Of a stretch of 64,000 nt of DNA, positions 21,644 to 32,861 are shown in pieces (the stretch's first letter is position 1; every line of letters starts with the position of its first letter). The DNA is taken from NCBI GenBank assembly GCA_000002445.1, contig CH464491.1:4320001-4384000 (forward strand), in the 5' to 3' direction. The position numbers and the translations under genes are program-made. Source of the stretch: Trypanosoma brucei. Lineage: Eukaryota. Under the pieces are notes generated by a model that saw nothing but the letters and a program-made list of their open reading frames with translations, did not search any database and had not been told where the DNA came from.

Positions 21644-23404
21644 CTACGATCCAAAGGAACGTCGCTCCGCATCGACATCAACTGCAGCGTAACGTCTCTG
21701 TACCTTGAATGGGATATTCAGGACCTCACAAAACGCGCTAACCTCACGCACTGCAAAACGACTCAAGATAACAACTGAGACTCCATGTTCACCAAAACGA
21801 CCAACTCGACCGCACCAATGCGCGTACTCCGCTGACGACCGAGGTGTCGCCAGCATAAGTACATGAGTTAACCCAGAAATATCGAGGCCACGTACGGAAG
21901 ATGAACCGGAAATAATAATTTTCCTTCCACGCGGTGCCAATGTTTTGCCACGAGTGGAAGATTCAGTGTCATTCACTTGCCCGCTGCAGCGCAGCGGACT
22001 ACAGGAGGGCACATCATCTCGAGTTATCTCAGGCTCGACAGCATCCCCTGCAAAAGCAGGTTTCAGCACCTCCCGAACGAAGAGCTCTCGGCTCGCCGAC
22101 TCCGGTAATATCACTAAAATCTTCCCCTCGTCGTAACTGTGGCAACAGGTCGAGTTTGACTGCTTCATGGCTACTGCAACACACTCCCGTTGTTCCGCTA
22201 ATGTGTCTGCCGTGTAAAAGAGGTGCTGAATGTTGGCTGGAACACTCACCTTCGATGTGTTCCCCGTTGTTGCCACTTTTTGTGAAAAACTCTGGATCTC
22301 ACTTTCGAAAATGCGGGACGTCCTCGACTCCAATATGTTCTTTTTCAAGAACCGGCGCACATGGTTGACTGTGGAGCCAGCCAAAGTGGCACTCGTGAAT
22401 ACCAACTGCACCGGCGCCTGGTACTTGGTAAAACGGTAAAGCTCTTTCATAAGTAAATTACCTGCAGCATTCGGGGATGTGGAGGGCAGCACATCATCCA
22501 CCTCATCCACTACGATGAGATCGAGGCTAGGAAGCGCAGGCGTGCGGTTGAAGGAACGGCGTTTTCGGCCCCGTGAAGCATCGCGCTTCTCGAGAGCCTC
22601 CTTGTGCCGCCGAAAAAAATTCCAAAACACCTCCGGGGTTGCGACGCACACATAAGGCCGCCGGTCCACCGCCTTCACTACGTTCCCAGCCCCGTCACGA
22701 ATCAACTCCCGTGTGAGCCGTCTGTACACTACGCCTGGAGGTACGTCGCTGGTTGCGGTAAACACGAGCCGATCATCATCCTTGTACCACCACATTTCCC
22801 GCATCCACCGGGCTATCTGCATGCAGAGGTTGTCGTTCTGAGCAAGGAAAAGGACAGAAAAAAGCTTCATCGGACCGTCACGCATCAGTCTTGCTATAAG
22901 AGCCAGACACAGAGCGAACGTCTTTCCAGTCCCCGTCGGGGCGCAGAGGGCCACGTCTTGGCGCGCGTAGAAGTGCTGCAGGGCACGCGCCTGCACGACC
23001 GTAAGGCCTTCAAAGCCGCACTTATGCACTTCCGAGGGAGACTCACCCTCCCGCAGTTGCTCAAAACGGCGGTGGAGGTATTCGACAAGGTACGGGGGGA
23101 GGCCCATCCGTTCGGGATCGAGTGTTGCGACGGGCCGTTGCCAAAGTTCCTGCAAAGGCGTCGACTGAAGCGCCGACTCGTCGATCTTTACGTCTGACAG
23201 CGACACATCACGCAGCGGCTCGGGTCTTCTGGGGGTGAACACCAGCGGTCTGCAGTCAGAACTTCGAAAATCTGTAAATTCCTCCGGTACCTCGCGGAAC
23301 CGGCGCGGAAGACGCTTCTCACTCCTCCACAAGGCTCGGACACAGCATCTCATGGCACTCTCCCCTGAAAAATCGGTGTCATGCTTTGCGATGGGTGTTC
23401 CCAC
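21644..23404 (-). CDS. DEAD-box-family ATP-dependent RNA helicase, divergent motifs
   Basis: Motif [11 protein letters not shown]. Motif [11 protein letters not shown] (DEVD in place of DEAD). Motif III FTSATL. Motif V/VI region [11 protein letters not shown]...[11 protein letters not shown]-motif-like TVVQARAL lies upstream of motif I. Confidence 0.8.
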   Translation of the reverse strand: MGTPIAKHDTDFSGESAMRCCVRALWRSEKRLPRRFREVPEEFTDFRSSDCRPLVFTPRRPEPLRDVSLSDVKIDESALQSTPLQELWQRPVATLDPERMGLPPYLVEYLHRRFEQLREGESPSEVHKCGFEGLTVVQARALQHFYARQDVALCAPTGTGKTFALCLALIARLMRDGPMKLFSVLFLAQNDNLCMQIARWMREMWWYKDDDRLVFTATSDVPPGVVYRRLTRELIRDGAGNVVKAVDRRPYVCVATPEVFWNFFRRHKEALEKRDASRGRKRRSFNRTPALPSLDLIVVDEVDDVLPSTSPNAAGNLLMKELYRFTKYQAPVQLVFTSATLAGSTVNHVRRFLKKNILESRTSRIFESEIQSFSQKVATTGNTSKVSVPANIQHLFYTADTLAEQRECVAVAMKQSNSTCCHSYDEGKILVILPESASRELFVREVLKPAFAGDAVEPEITRDDVPSCSPLRCSGQVNDTESSTRGKTLAPRGRKIIISGSSSVRGLDISGLTHVLMLATPRSSAEYAHWCGRVGRFGEHGVSVVILSRFAVREVSAFCEVLNIPFKVQRRYAAVDVDAERRSFGS

Positions 23405-24273
23405 GATATAACAAAGTTACGCACGCAGAACAGAGAGGGGGGAACGAAACCATGGAAAAACAGGAGAGGGTAAACAAGCGAATAAAAAGGTTAGCATAGC
23501 CTCTTTTGAAGATAAGTATGGAGGGAATGATTACTACGGTGTGCTCATCGTGGGGAGGGGAAGCTTACGATAGAAAGTACCAACGGGTGAAATGAGACGA
23601 AAAAAAACAAAAAATATATATGACCAACAAAAGATACCAAGGTCCTCTACATGCTTCAAAACATTCAACGATATACTTACTCCTCGTCGGCTTCCGCCGC
23701 ATTCTCATCATTGCCGGCGTTGTCCTCAACAACTTCTTCAACTTCATCCCCCACTTCCTCCTCACTGCTCTCAACAGCCTCATTGCGAGGTTGGGTTTCC
23801 TTGCAGCGGTGCCTCATTATGTCAAGTACAGATGAACCATAGTAAGTTGCTCCGGAGCAGGCGATAGTAAGGGCGGGCATCAGTCACCCACAACTGTTTG
23901 TTCGATATAGAGTAGAGTAGATACACTGTACTAATGGAGTGTAGCACCTCTAAATGGTAGCGATTTGGCGGTGAATTCCTTTTGCAGTTTCTTCTTTTTT
24001 TTTTTTTAGCGTTACCCTCGTCGATACACTACTACTTCTAATAAAGGTGCTAAAGATGGCTATAAAATGCAGACGCTGGGAAGAGTAAGGAAAAGTATTA
24101 TGCATTCCTCATCGTGGTTGACTGACGAAACGATAATGCGCACGCAGCGTGCCAATCGTGCCCCTAAACACGTACGCATACACACTTAAGCAAATGGAAA
24201 AAGTTTGCAAATTAATGATGACAAAACCACCATGAGCTTACCTACCGCCCAGCGTAGCAACACACATTACCGC

Positions 24274-26280
24274 TCACAGCACCACGTACAAAAACCTCTC
24301 GTAAGGAATGATTGGCTCACCGAACGCAAACTGGGCGGCTGAGGCGAAAGAGTCCAAGCTCAACTCAATGGCACCTTGTTCCTCCCGAACACGACCCATG
24401 CCTTCATGGGCAGCAGTGAGCCGTGGGCTGCAGTCGATCGCCAACTGAAAGTAATGCGCCGCACTGACCAAATGAGTTTCACGGGTACTTGACACATTCC
24501 CCGGCCCCAGTGCCACTAGCAAATCAAGGCGGCCAAGAAGCAAATATGCCTCAGCACAGTGGCTACCCACTTGCAGAGCTTTTCCAAGCATTGTCTGTAA
24601 GGATAGTACCTCATCATGGCTCAGAAGCTTCCGCTGCTCACGCATGTATCGGTCATCCTTAACCCCCCGAAGCTGAGCGGCAGCTCCCCAATTTTGCGCA
24701 AAGCGACGTTGCCTCAAGAAGTAGTCGAAAGATCCTTCAATCAAATCAATCTTGACACGCGCTGCGGAGCATAACAAGTCACAATAGGCTTGTTTCTGCT
24801 CACCCTGTACACCACTTATGTACTCTAGTCCTGCATCTGCGGCGAGCTGAGCGATGGAACCGCAGCCAACCAGCAGCGCGACATGCGCTAATAAGGCCCA
24901 GTGGCCAGCAATCAATCTTTTGTGTTTCCCACCACTACTCCACACGTCGTCGAGAGAGAAAAGTTTCATGGCAGAATCGTCAACGGGGAAGACGGCGTGG
25001 CCGGACGTGCTGGACACCTCCTGAGGTGCTTCCTTCGAGGCAGCCTCCACACGTCCCACTAACACTGCAAGAAGGTTCTCAACACACTTCTGCTTACGAT
25101 GATCAGCATCGTCCACCATATTTTGTAATGCAGTGAAGACGACCCCACACAAAACATTAAGGGGATACATCTGGCCAGCGTGACCCGCCACCTTCGAAGC
25201 CTCTTCATGCTCTCCAGAAGCAGAGTGTAACAAGGCCAACAACACGAGGACTTCAGCTTCAGCTTGACATCGCTTGAGAAGGAACTTTACTATCTCCATT
25301 GCCCTCCGTTCCTCACCGACGAGAGCACTCAGCCATGCCTGTTTGGCAAGCAATATAGCGTCCATAGGGTTTGACATGTTCCTTGCCATTACGAGCCCGG
25401 AGGAATATTCGAGAAGCTTTCGCACCCTTCCCTCCAATGTGCTGCGGCCACCACTCTCCTTAACCTCACGCCCCAGGCAATAGCAGGCCGTACACAACTG
25501 CAAAATCGTTAGCGGACAGCAATGCGCCGACACTGCCCTCTCCGCCAACCGTACGGCTTCCCGGAGTGACACTTCCGTTCCACCCTGCACCCCAAGACGC
25601 GAGCCTAACAAAAGAAACCGTGCTGCGAGCCACCGCCGCGAGCCAACAACTGTGGGGAAGGTGGTGGACGGCGCTAAACCCCCTTCACATTCAGCGTTGA
25701 TCCCTGCGACACAATAACTGTCGTCATCATCCTGCTGCGTTTGGTCCGTGGTGGAATGTTGTGAATGGTGGGCAGTTGGCATTGGTGGCGAAGAATCGCT
25801 CCCTTCTTCTTCGTCATCGACCAAAGCGCGAGACGTATCCTCCATCATACTCATCAGCCGCTCCAACGGCACATTGTTGCGCTGCAAACACGACATGGCC
25901 ACATCCACCCACTGTTGTGCTGACACAGGTGGGGAAAACGTGGGGTCTCTTCTGACTCTCAATGCGGGTTGAGTGGCGGATGCATTGTCACACACAGCAA
26001 ACGCCGCAACCGCCGAAAGCTGTTCCGGATGATCACCCGGGTTGAGCATAATATTCCGATAATCAAACACTAAGTGCGCCAGTGAGGCCCCCCCCCCCGA
26101 CTTTCTTGACAACGAAAAACAAGGGACGAAACACAAAGATGGCAGGAGTAACGACGAAATTTGGCAGCGCACAGCATCGCCCAAAAAGTTACCGCGATCA
26201 CATGTACGAATTCGGGCGGCTACGTGTGCATACTCAGGCCTTGCCACCTGTGCACAGAGAGCCGCAAATCGTGCTAGCAC
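24274..26280 (-). CDS. Hypothetical protein with TPR-like helical repeats (alternative start at 26049)
   Basis: 668-aa ORF. C-terminal region has TPR-like helices (AEAYLLLGRLDLLVALG...HYFQLAIDCSPRLTAAHEGMG). N-terminal 77 codons are R-rich (MLARFAALCAQVARPEYAHVAARIR, presequence-like) and contain a G11 homopolymer on the mRNA strand (plus 26088-26098), so a downstream start at MLNPGD (26049) is possible. Confidence 0.6.
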   Translation of the reverse strand: MLARFAALCAQVARPEYAHVAARIRTCDRGNFLGDAVRCQISSLLLPSLCFVPCFSLSRKSGGGASLAHLVFDYRNIMLNPGDHPEQLSAVAAFAVCDNASATQPALRVRRDPTFSPPVSAQQWVDVAMSCLQRNNVPLERLMSMMEDTSRALVDDEEEGSDSSPPMPTAHHSQHSTTDQTQQDDDDSYCVAGINAECEGGLAPSTTFPTVVGSRRWLAARFLLLGSRLGVQGGTEVSLREAVRLAERAVSAHCCPLTILQLCTACYCLGREVKESGGRSTLEGRVRKLLEYSSGLVMARNMSNPMDAILLAKQAWLSALVGEERRAMEIVKFLLKRCQAEAEVLVLLALLHSASGEHEEASKVAGHAGQMYPLNVLCGVVFTALQNMVDDADHRKQKCVENLLAVLVGRVEAASKEAPQEVSSTSGHAVFPVDDSAMKLFSLDDVWSSGGKHKRLIAGHWALLAHVALLVGCGSIAQLAADAGLEYISGVQGEQKQAYCDLLCSAARVKIDLIEGSFDYFLRQRRFAQNWGAAAQLRGVKDDRYMREQRKLLSHDEVLSLQTMLGKALQVGSHCAEAYLLLGRLDLLVALGPGNVSSTRETHLVSAAHYFQLAIDCSPRLTAAHEGMGRVREEQGAIELSLDSFASAAQFAFGEPIIPYERFLYVVL
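26088..26098 (-). repeat. G11 homopolymer on the mRNA-sense strand (C11 on plus), ~40 nt upstream of the candidate start ATG at 26049
   Basis: ccccccccccc read directly on plus strand. Confidence 0.9.
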
Positions 26281-26412
26281 CTCTGGGTCCGTCCCTTGAT
26301 ATTACGTGCACATTCTCCCCCAAAAGGAAGAAAACACGGCTTTTACAATAATTTACCGACAGCATAGTCTTCTTCCCACCGCTTCAGTTGGGATGCAATA
26401 ACAAATAGAAGA

Positions 26413-27828
26413 CTACACCCACCTCCTCCCATTTTCGGATAGATCGTAATCCTCGGGCAACATTTCGTCCGCTCGGCGAACCACCATTCCATGCCTCAGT
26501 GAAACGATGTTGAGACGCGCGTCAAGAACACCGCTCACCAGGGTGTGACCCTTCAATGTGGCGCCATTGAGACCCTCCGATGCCGCTATCGCTTCCTCAA
26601 CAGACGACATGCCAAGTAGTGCCGCACCAGTGAAAGATCCACTTCGGTCATCAATTGAAATGCGCACATCTACAACAGTGCCATACTCTGAAAAGCAAGC
26701 TCGCAGCTGATCGACCGTCAACCAATACGGCAGTCCATCTACTACCACATCAGGGATAAAAGACTGATGATGAGAGAATCCTCCATCCCCACCCTCGGCG
26801 GCATCTGCGCCCTTAGACGGGTCCTCGACAACCTCCACGCCCACCTCCTCCAATACACGATCCACATCTGCACGCGTGTACACATTATACTCCGGCTCAT
26901 GTAATGCAATGAAGGTAAGCTCTCTATAGTAGGCATAACAAACAGCCTGAAGGGCGTTATTCATTGAATCAACAGTCACAATAAAGTCCTGAACGTGGCT
27001 CACACCGCCGGATCGTCTATCATCCCCAACCTGCTGTTCACGCACCAACACACATGAAACTTGACCGTAGCGCCCAAAGTACGTGTTCATTGTTTCCTCA
27101 TTTAACTGGTATTCAGAAGTCATACGAACGTACAACTGGGTTAAAGCCGCAGGTGTAGTCACCACTGGTGGCCGCACGAGAAAAAGCCGGTCCAACTCCT
27201 CTGACCTCTCTGCCTGGCCCCCGGAAGTCGTCGCCGCAGAGGTCAACGACGGCTCTATCCTCGAGTCGGCTTGTGTGTGCATATCCTTCCCAGCACTGTC
27301 GACCATTCCCACAGAGTCAACCGCCTTCACCACACCACTTTCTGATGCGTCTTCACTTGTACGCACCCTAGTTTCTAACTCATTTTCCTCGCGCTCCCGC
27401 TTACGACCGCTAATTGGCTTCGTTTCTTCGCTGCTAGCCGCGTCAGGGGCACCGCTGCCACGGCCACTATCATTGATGTTATCATTAACTGGCAGATCCC
27501 GTAGGATCCCCACACTGCTGACGGGTGGCGCCACGACCAACTCGGGGAAGGATAGGAACGAAAAAATGTTAGAGCAGATGCTTCCCGCCACAGGGGAACC
27601 AAACCGGCGACTGAGGCAGAGCAAAATAAGTTTCGCGTGCTGTTTGGTGGCTGGACTCACTGATGAAAAGAAGAGTGGCACAAGAAAACAATTTTCCGCA
27701 TACACACGGTGTAGGTGCGGCACCAAATGCAGTAAACGAGCCAAATGATAAGTTTGCAGGTCCCGAGTCCCCGCTGATGTGCTCATCCCTACTGTCCCCC
27801 CCCCCACAAGTTTTTCCCTTGTTTTCAA
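26413..27828 (-). CDS. RRM-domain RNA-binding protein (likely start at 27786)
   Basis: C-terminal RRM-like fold (VVDGLPYWLTVDQLRACFSEYGTVVDVRISIDDRSGSFTGAALLGMSSVEEAIAASEGLNGATLKGHTLV). A second RRM-like segment lies upstream (TYFGRYGQVSCVLVREQQ...VTVDSMNNALQAV). The first 14 track codons include a G10 run, so MSTSAGTRDL is the likelier start. Confidence 0.6.
   Translation of the reverse strand: MKTREKLVGGGTVGMSTSAGTRDLQTYHLARLLHLVPHLHRVYAENCFLVPLFFSSVSPATKQHAKLILLCLSRRFGSPVAGSICSNIFSFLSFPELVVAPPVSSVGILRDLPVNDNINDSGRGSGAPDAASSEETKPISGRKREREENELETRVRTSEDASESGVVKAVDSVGMVDSAGKDMHTQADSRIEPSLTSAATTSGGQAERSEELDRLFLVRPPVVTTPAALTQLYVRMTSEYQLNEETMNTYFGRYGQVSCVLVREQQVGDDRRSGGVSHVQDFIVTVDSMNNALQAVCYAYYRELTFIALHEPEYNVYTRADVDRVLEEVGVEVVEDPSKGADAAEGGDGGFSHHQSFIPDVVVDGLPYWLTVDQLRACFSEYGTVVDVRISIDDRSGSFTGAALLGMSSVEEAIAASEGLNGATLKGHTLVSGVLDARLNIVSLRHGMVVRRADEMLPEDYDLSENGRRWV
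27796..27805 (-). repeat. G10 homopolymer (mRNA sense), 10-19 nt upstream of the likely ATG at 27786
   Basis: cccccccccc on plus strand. Confidence 0.9.
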
Positions 27829-28201
27829 AGGAACGTCTCCTCCGCCTGGTCACGTTCCACTGCCTTTCTCTTTTCTTTTTTTTTTTGATTGGGCTGGAGC
27901 AACCACAGTCCCCTTTGCGGTATTTGTACCCCAACCGCAACGAAATTGCCCTTGCACAGGTGTTTAGAGTCACAACAATTGAGAGGTGAGAGAAGGTCGA
28001 TGTTCAATATGAATCCTTTGAAATCGCACAGACATAACACATATGAAAAAAAAACATGACTCGAAACACTTGAAGAATAAACGGCCTAGAGTTGAGAGCC
28101 ACAAAGAAAGTGATACTCCGAACAACACACTGCGCCCTGCCAGCACAGATACCTCATTCACTTCTAGCTCTCCAGTAGCACCGCCCCCGTTTCCTCCTCT
28201 A

Positions 28202-29086
28202 TTATCCTTCCTTTAGGGGATGTGGGTCCGTCACACTATTCTTTGAGCCGTTAATTTTTGCCGCAGCGACAGACGGCTTAAGGATTGCTGCACGTAGCGC
28301 AGCACTTCGCAAAGCGAACTCGTTTACCGCACCCGTAAGGAGTAACGAAGAGATTGAATAACTCCCACTCTGTACAAATGTTATAATTCCATTTTCATCA
28401 CTAAGCACTACCGTAAGCAGCCCATCCACAACACTTTCTTCCGCTGCATTTGTATCCATTAGGAACCGCACCCCCGACGCACCTAACTTATACACACCAA
28501 TTGTCACTGCTACTGGAATGGTGTGAAACCGCAAGCGTCGACTCTCTACCTCATCACCATTAGGGAGGCGTGAGCGCGGAAGCAGCATATTGTGAATGGC
28601 GGCGACGACAGCGTGCAGTGCTGCTGCCCGAAGGCCGCCATCAGCGTTAAGGATGACCAACTCTACCTGCAGCACCCAGCAGGCTTCGCCATTAATAATG
28701 TTCAACTCTGTGAGATCCATGCAGGAGATGATGGTGGAGCGTACAAACCGGGCCACTTCACGCAAAGCGGCGGCGACTTGGTCCGTGCTGTGACTCTGAA
28801 AGAATGGGGCGGCCACATCAACAGTAAGGCGGCCCTCATCCGGCTGATCAGATGGAGGTGGTCCAAAAACGCCGCTGACAGTACAGTTCAGGCACATACC
28901 GGTGTTGTCAGTATAAAGCGTAGAGGCAAGGAGGCCATCACCACCTTTTGAGTCGCGGAGAATATGTGGCTCACGAAGGGCATCCAACGGCCGACCATCC
29001 AATCGCTTATTTTGCACAAGGAACTGGTGGACGTGTTGTTGAAACGAGGCAAGTTCCACAGCACCGGTGGCGGGTGGAAGTGACAT
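28202..29086 (-). CDS. Exosome complex RNase PH-like subunit (Rrp42/Rrp43/Rrp45 class)
   Basis: RLDGR motif (NKRLDGRPLDALREP). EACWVLQVELVILNADGGLRAAALHAVVAAI aligns with the Rrp42 EHCWVLYVDVLLLECGGNLFDAISIAVKAAL. Size (294 aa) fits the family. Confidence 0.8.
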   Translation of the reverse strand: MSLPPATGAVELASFQQHVHQFLVQNKRLDGRPLDALREPHILRDSKGGDGLLASTLYTDNTGMCLNCTVSGVFGPPPSDQPDEGRLTVDVAAPFFQSHSTDQVAAALREVARFVRSTIISCMDLTELNIINGEACWVLQVELVILNADGGLRAAALHAVVAAIHNMLLPRSRLPNGDEVESRRLRFHTIPVAVTIGVYKLGASGVRFLMDTNAAEESVVDGLLTVVLSDENGIITFVQSGSYSISSLLLTGAVNEFALRSAALRAAILKPSVAAAKINGSKNSVTDPHPLKEG

Positions 29087-29696
29087 GTAACACGACTAGT
29101 GCCTCGAGGTTGCAACAGGTGGGGATTGGGGTAGAAGAAAATACTTTCCCGTCCAGAAGGGGGAAAAAAAACAAATGCAAAGAGATATTTAAAAGGAAAA
29201 GGAAAAAAAAGAAAAAAAGAAGGGTGAAATATGGTGAAACAACAGAGAGCAATAACAGCACAAAGACGAAACATAAATCCGCCGGAGAAGCAGCGCACAA
29301 TGGTCTTATGTTTACAATTATATCTGAACATCTGAGGAAATGTCTAGCGCTACCCACGGGCCGAAAAAAAAAAAATCTCACCACCCTTTCGGCAACGATT
29401 GTGCGGCCCGGTGCGGTGGTGTCGCATCCACGATATGCCCATTCAACGTGTGCAGAAAGAGAGATATTGTAATATATAGATAGATAAATGTGTTAATGAA
29501 GGAGCAAGAGAGAGAGAGAGGGGCAAGTAGAAGGAAATATTTTCTATGCAATCCTGTTACCATTTAGGCGCGGTGTAACACAGAAATACATACACACACG
29601 TGCAACCCTGCATAAATTCTCTTTGCTCCGTTCGTTAACAAGGCAAAACATAAAATCAAATACGTTTAGTATAAACACTTGGGAGCATGGACGCCG

Positions 29697-31607
29697 TTAC
29701 GCATCCACTACGAGCTTCGTTCCGCACCCCGAACAAAACCGCTGGGACTCGAACGGTAGCTTCAAGCCACATTCAAAACAGTAACGGATCCTAGGGGCAC
29801 CCTCGGTGGATCCAACATCATGAGTTCCTTCAGCAGTAGTAGGGTGTGTTAAACTTGATACGGATAGTCTTTTATCTGTGGGGAGCCGCGCTGATGTCGC
29901 GCTCGGTGCCAGCGGTGTCTCCAATGAGGACCTTCCAGCTGCATCTAAAGCTGGTTCGGATTTGCGCGGGGGGTTTGAGGGTGCCATCACGGCTTGTTCG
30001 TGAAGTACTGGTTTAGCGGCAACGCCACGCGCCGTCAGAGGTTTTACTTCCTTTTTGACCACCTTCCCCGCAGCATTTGGTGTCGCGGAAGGTCTTGCGC
30101 TCTTCGGTGGAGCTTTGTGACGTTCAAGACACACACTTTCGTGCTTCTGAAGTCGATCTGCATTGAAAGTACGGTTGCAGAATCGGCATCGTGGCAACTC
30201 CTCCTTCTTGGCACCCAGATTTAGCCGAGACTGAACATTCTTGAAGTGGGAAACATTATTTAATTGTATTTTCTTCGCTGGTGCCGCTGGTGAAACTTCG
30301 TCATCACCACCCCTTGAGTCCACCGAAACCGACGTATTACCAGCGACTTCACTGCTTGCAGGGACTTCACTCCGTCGGAGACTTACAGAAGTTCTGTCAT
30401 TCTTTGATACCGTCGACCCCAAGCTACTCTTCAGAGAGTACCGCGCCCTACTTGTTTCGTCACGTGGAGGTGAACGAGCTCTTGGGGTTACAGCACCCAC
30501 ATCATCACATATCTTCAATCTTTCTATATCTTGATCGAGGTAATCGACTAGACTTCCAACTTGGGGACTAGAATGGGAAGCCTTCATCTCAACTCGATGA
30601 CGGGCAACACTGACAGCCTCCAAGCCACTCTTTTCCTCTGTGGATGGCTGTTGCTCCTCCCCATTCGGTGCATTGTCAGGGTCACCAGATGGACGCGGTG
30701 TTTGACTGAGTGTTGTGGGGTCCAACAATCCGGGCTCACCTTCCTTTACCTCGTCACCCACATCTGCAACGGCATCGATTTCTTCTTCCTTGTCTTGCGG
30801 GAACGCTTTCGGGATCAGCTTTTCTTTCCGTCTTGCAGTTGCTGGCTCGGCAGCAAGGCGGCGAGTCTTGTTTGGTGTAGCCGACTTTGCAACTGCTCGG
30901 CCAACAGGTCTCGACGCACTCGCGCTCCCCGGCTTGCAGCTGCGCTGATGGACCTCCAAGCGGTCAGGCAGGAACGTGCGGCCACATGTTTCGCATTTCA
31001 GTAGCATATTCTTGTTGAAATGTTCAATCTGCAGCTCATTGAATCGATCTAGCTCACGGCCTGCGAGTTTCGTACCTTTGTCAGCTCCCTTACCGATGGA
31101 TTGCTCCACAGCAGGCATAGCCTTTAGGTTTTCTTCATGGCTTTTCGGACTCATGGGCCGAGGCCCACGCTTCAAAGGATCCATGCGCTCCCATTCAATG
31201 AGTTTCTTCACGTAACACTGTGGTTGATGGATGGGAAGGCTCACACGGCTAAACTGTTGCCCACACAAGTAACAGAAGAGAAACTGTGGACGAGAGCCGG
31301 GCCCAGCCTTGCGCGCCGCTGCAACCTTACGTGGCGTTTTGTTGCTATGAATCTCGTCTTCAAGTAAGCTGTACAAACCTCGTGTCACAATTGGTGTGGC
31401 TCTCGCTCCGGCGCTGTCCCGCCCGGCGTGACTGTTAGCCTCCGTAGCAGTTTGAGGAGCCTGCGTTCTCCTTACTGAAGACGTGTGCAACCTTACCCGT
31501 GCCTTTGTGGAATTGTCATCACATGGGTCGCGGTGCTGAGAGCTCATTCGTAGCACCGCTATACTAACTTTGCTATTAAACGTAAAACAAAAAAAGATAA
31601 TGAACAA
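29697..31607 (-). CDS. C2HC zinc-finger protein (ZC2HC1/FAM164-like fingers) with C-terminal CxxC...CxxC zinc ribbon
   Basis: Three C-x2-C-x12-H-x3-C units (CYLCGQQFSRVSLPIHQPQC; CETCGRTFLPDRLEVHQRSC; CRFCNRTFNADRLQKHESVC) separated by S/P/K-rich linkers. Terminal RYCFECGLKLPFESQRFCSGCGTKL. Confidence 0.7.
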   Translation of the reverse strand: MFIIFFCFTFNSKVSIAVLRMSSQHRDPCDDNSTKARVRLHTSSVRRTQAPQTATEANSHAGRDSAGARATPIVTRGLYSLLEDEIHSNKTPRKVAAARKAGPGSRPQFLFCYLCGQQFSRVSLPIHQPQCYVKKLIEWERMDPLKRGPRPMSPKSHEENLKAMPAVEQSIGKGADKGTKLAGRELDRFNELQIEHFNKNMLLKCETCGRTFLPDRLEVHQRSCKPGSASASRPVGRAVAKSATPNKTRRLAAEPATARRKEKLIPKAFPQDKEEEIDAVADVGDEVKEGEPGLLDPTTLSQTPRPSGDPDNAPNGEEQQPSTEEKSGLEAVSVARHRVEMKASHSSPQVGSLVDYLDQDIERLKICDDVGAVTPRARSPPRDETSRARYSLKSSLGSTVSKNDRTSVSLRRSEVPASSEVAGNTSVSVDSRGGDDEVSPAAPAKKIQLNNVSHFKNVQSRLNLGAKKEELPRCRFCNRTFNADRLQKHESVCLERHKAPPKSARPSATPNAAGKVVKKEVKPLTARGVAAKPVLHEQAVMAPSNPPRKSEPALDAAGRSSLETPLAPSATSARLPTDKRLSVSSLTHPTTAEGTHDVGSTEGAPRIRYCFECGLKLPFESQRFCSGCGTKLVVDA

Positions 31608-31874
31608 AAATAATGATCACTGTGTTAGCAGGTTAGAAAAAAGAGAAAGTGGATGTTGAAATAAAATACCCCCATATCCTTTAACTCTCTCTTCCTTCTC
31701 CGCATACTATCCACAATAATGCTCATAAGCGGATTTATTCAGCTCCGCACGTACGGGGAAGGAGGTGGAACGATTACGTACACCTCCCCGCACTCTTACA
31801 AAATCTTTCCCCTCTTTATTACCGCAGGTTCATTATCTGAAACGGCAACCCTTCCGTCAGCACCCACAACACTT

Positions 31875-31885
31875 CCCCCCCCCCC
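31875..31885 (-). repeat. G11 homopolymer (mRNA sense), ~270 nt upstream of the start of the C2HC gene
   Basis: ccccccccccc on plus strand. Confidence 0.9.
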
Positions 31886-32861
31886 CGCCTCGCCTCGCCA
31901 TTCCTCCTCCTCCTTTCCCTTCATAAGCACATACAAGCAGATATGCATTTGCACATATATAAATAATTAAGTACTTCATCACATAGGGATGAGAAGGAAT
32001 AAGCAGAAAAATGAGGGCAAATAATCAGGGAATGAGCAGCCACTTATCATTTTAGCTCCATCACACTTTCCTGCGTAATGCGAAGGGAGAAGACCGCCGT
32101 GGATCCGCACGGAGACGATACAAGCAGTGAAAAAAGAAATAATTATAAAAACAACAATAATAATAACAATAATATCGATCAGCATGGGGGGGAGGTAATA
32201 CGCGAAACGATAAACGCTTTACTCAAAACAATTATGACAATAATAACAAAAAAGGTAAAACTTTTTTTTTAAAGGTGACAAATACGAGGAGAGAATCAGA
32301 GGAAAAGCGGAATCACGAGACAAATACGAGGCCGACTGGCTTCCCTCAATATCATGCGCCCCCGTCATTTCAAAAAATTGGTTTTCCCTCTGGCGCCATC
32401 TCTTCTTTTTTTTTACGTTTTTTTTTTTTCGATTATGGAAAGATCGATGTGTACACCCATCGCTTCTTTCCTTTTCAGTCCTTCTTATTTGGCTCCCCCC
32501 TCCTCCTCCTTTTCTTTCGTACAACACTTCGTAGCGCACGCATACATACACAAAAAAAAACATGTACGACCGCACAATAAAAGAAAGATATATTTAATTT
32601 AGACTTTAAAATCTCATGCTGCGTTCCCACATCCCTCCGTCAAAAGTTTTCCCATTGGCATCGCATCCGCCACATGAGATTCGTGCTTTAGTATCCACGC
32701 ACACCTTTTTACTCAACCCCCAAATGAATTAACATTTTTATTTTTTTTAAAAAAAGAGGACAGAAAAGGTAAGATAAAAGATGGAAAGAAAAGAAAAGAA
32801 AAACAAAAAAAAAATACAAACAGTTAAATAAAACGTTAAAACGATGCCCCAATCCAAAGAC

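Noticed and set aside
16181-31607. Possible co-regulated RNA-processing gene cluster (CCCH, DEAD-box, RRM, exosome, C2HC)
   Set aside because: Kinetoplastid polycistrons are not functional operons. The clustering is most parsimoniously coincidental, and the nucleotide-sugar transporter and TPR-like genes are interspersed.
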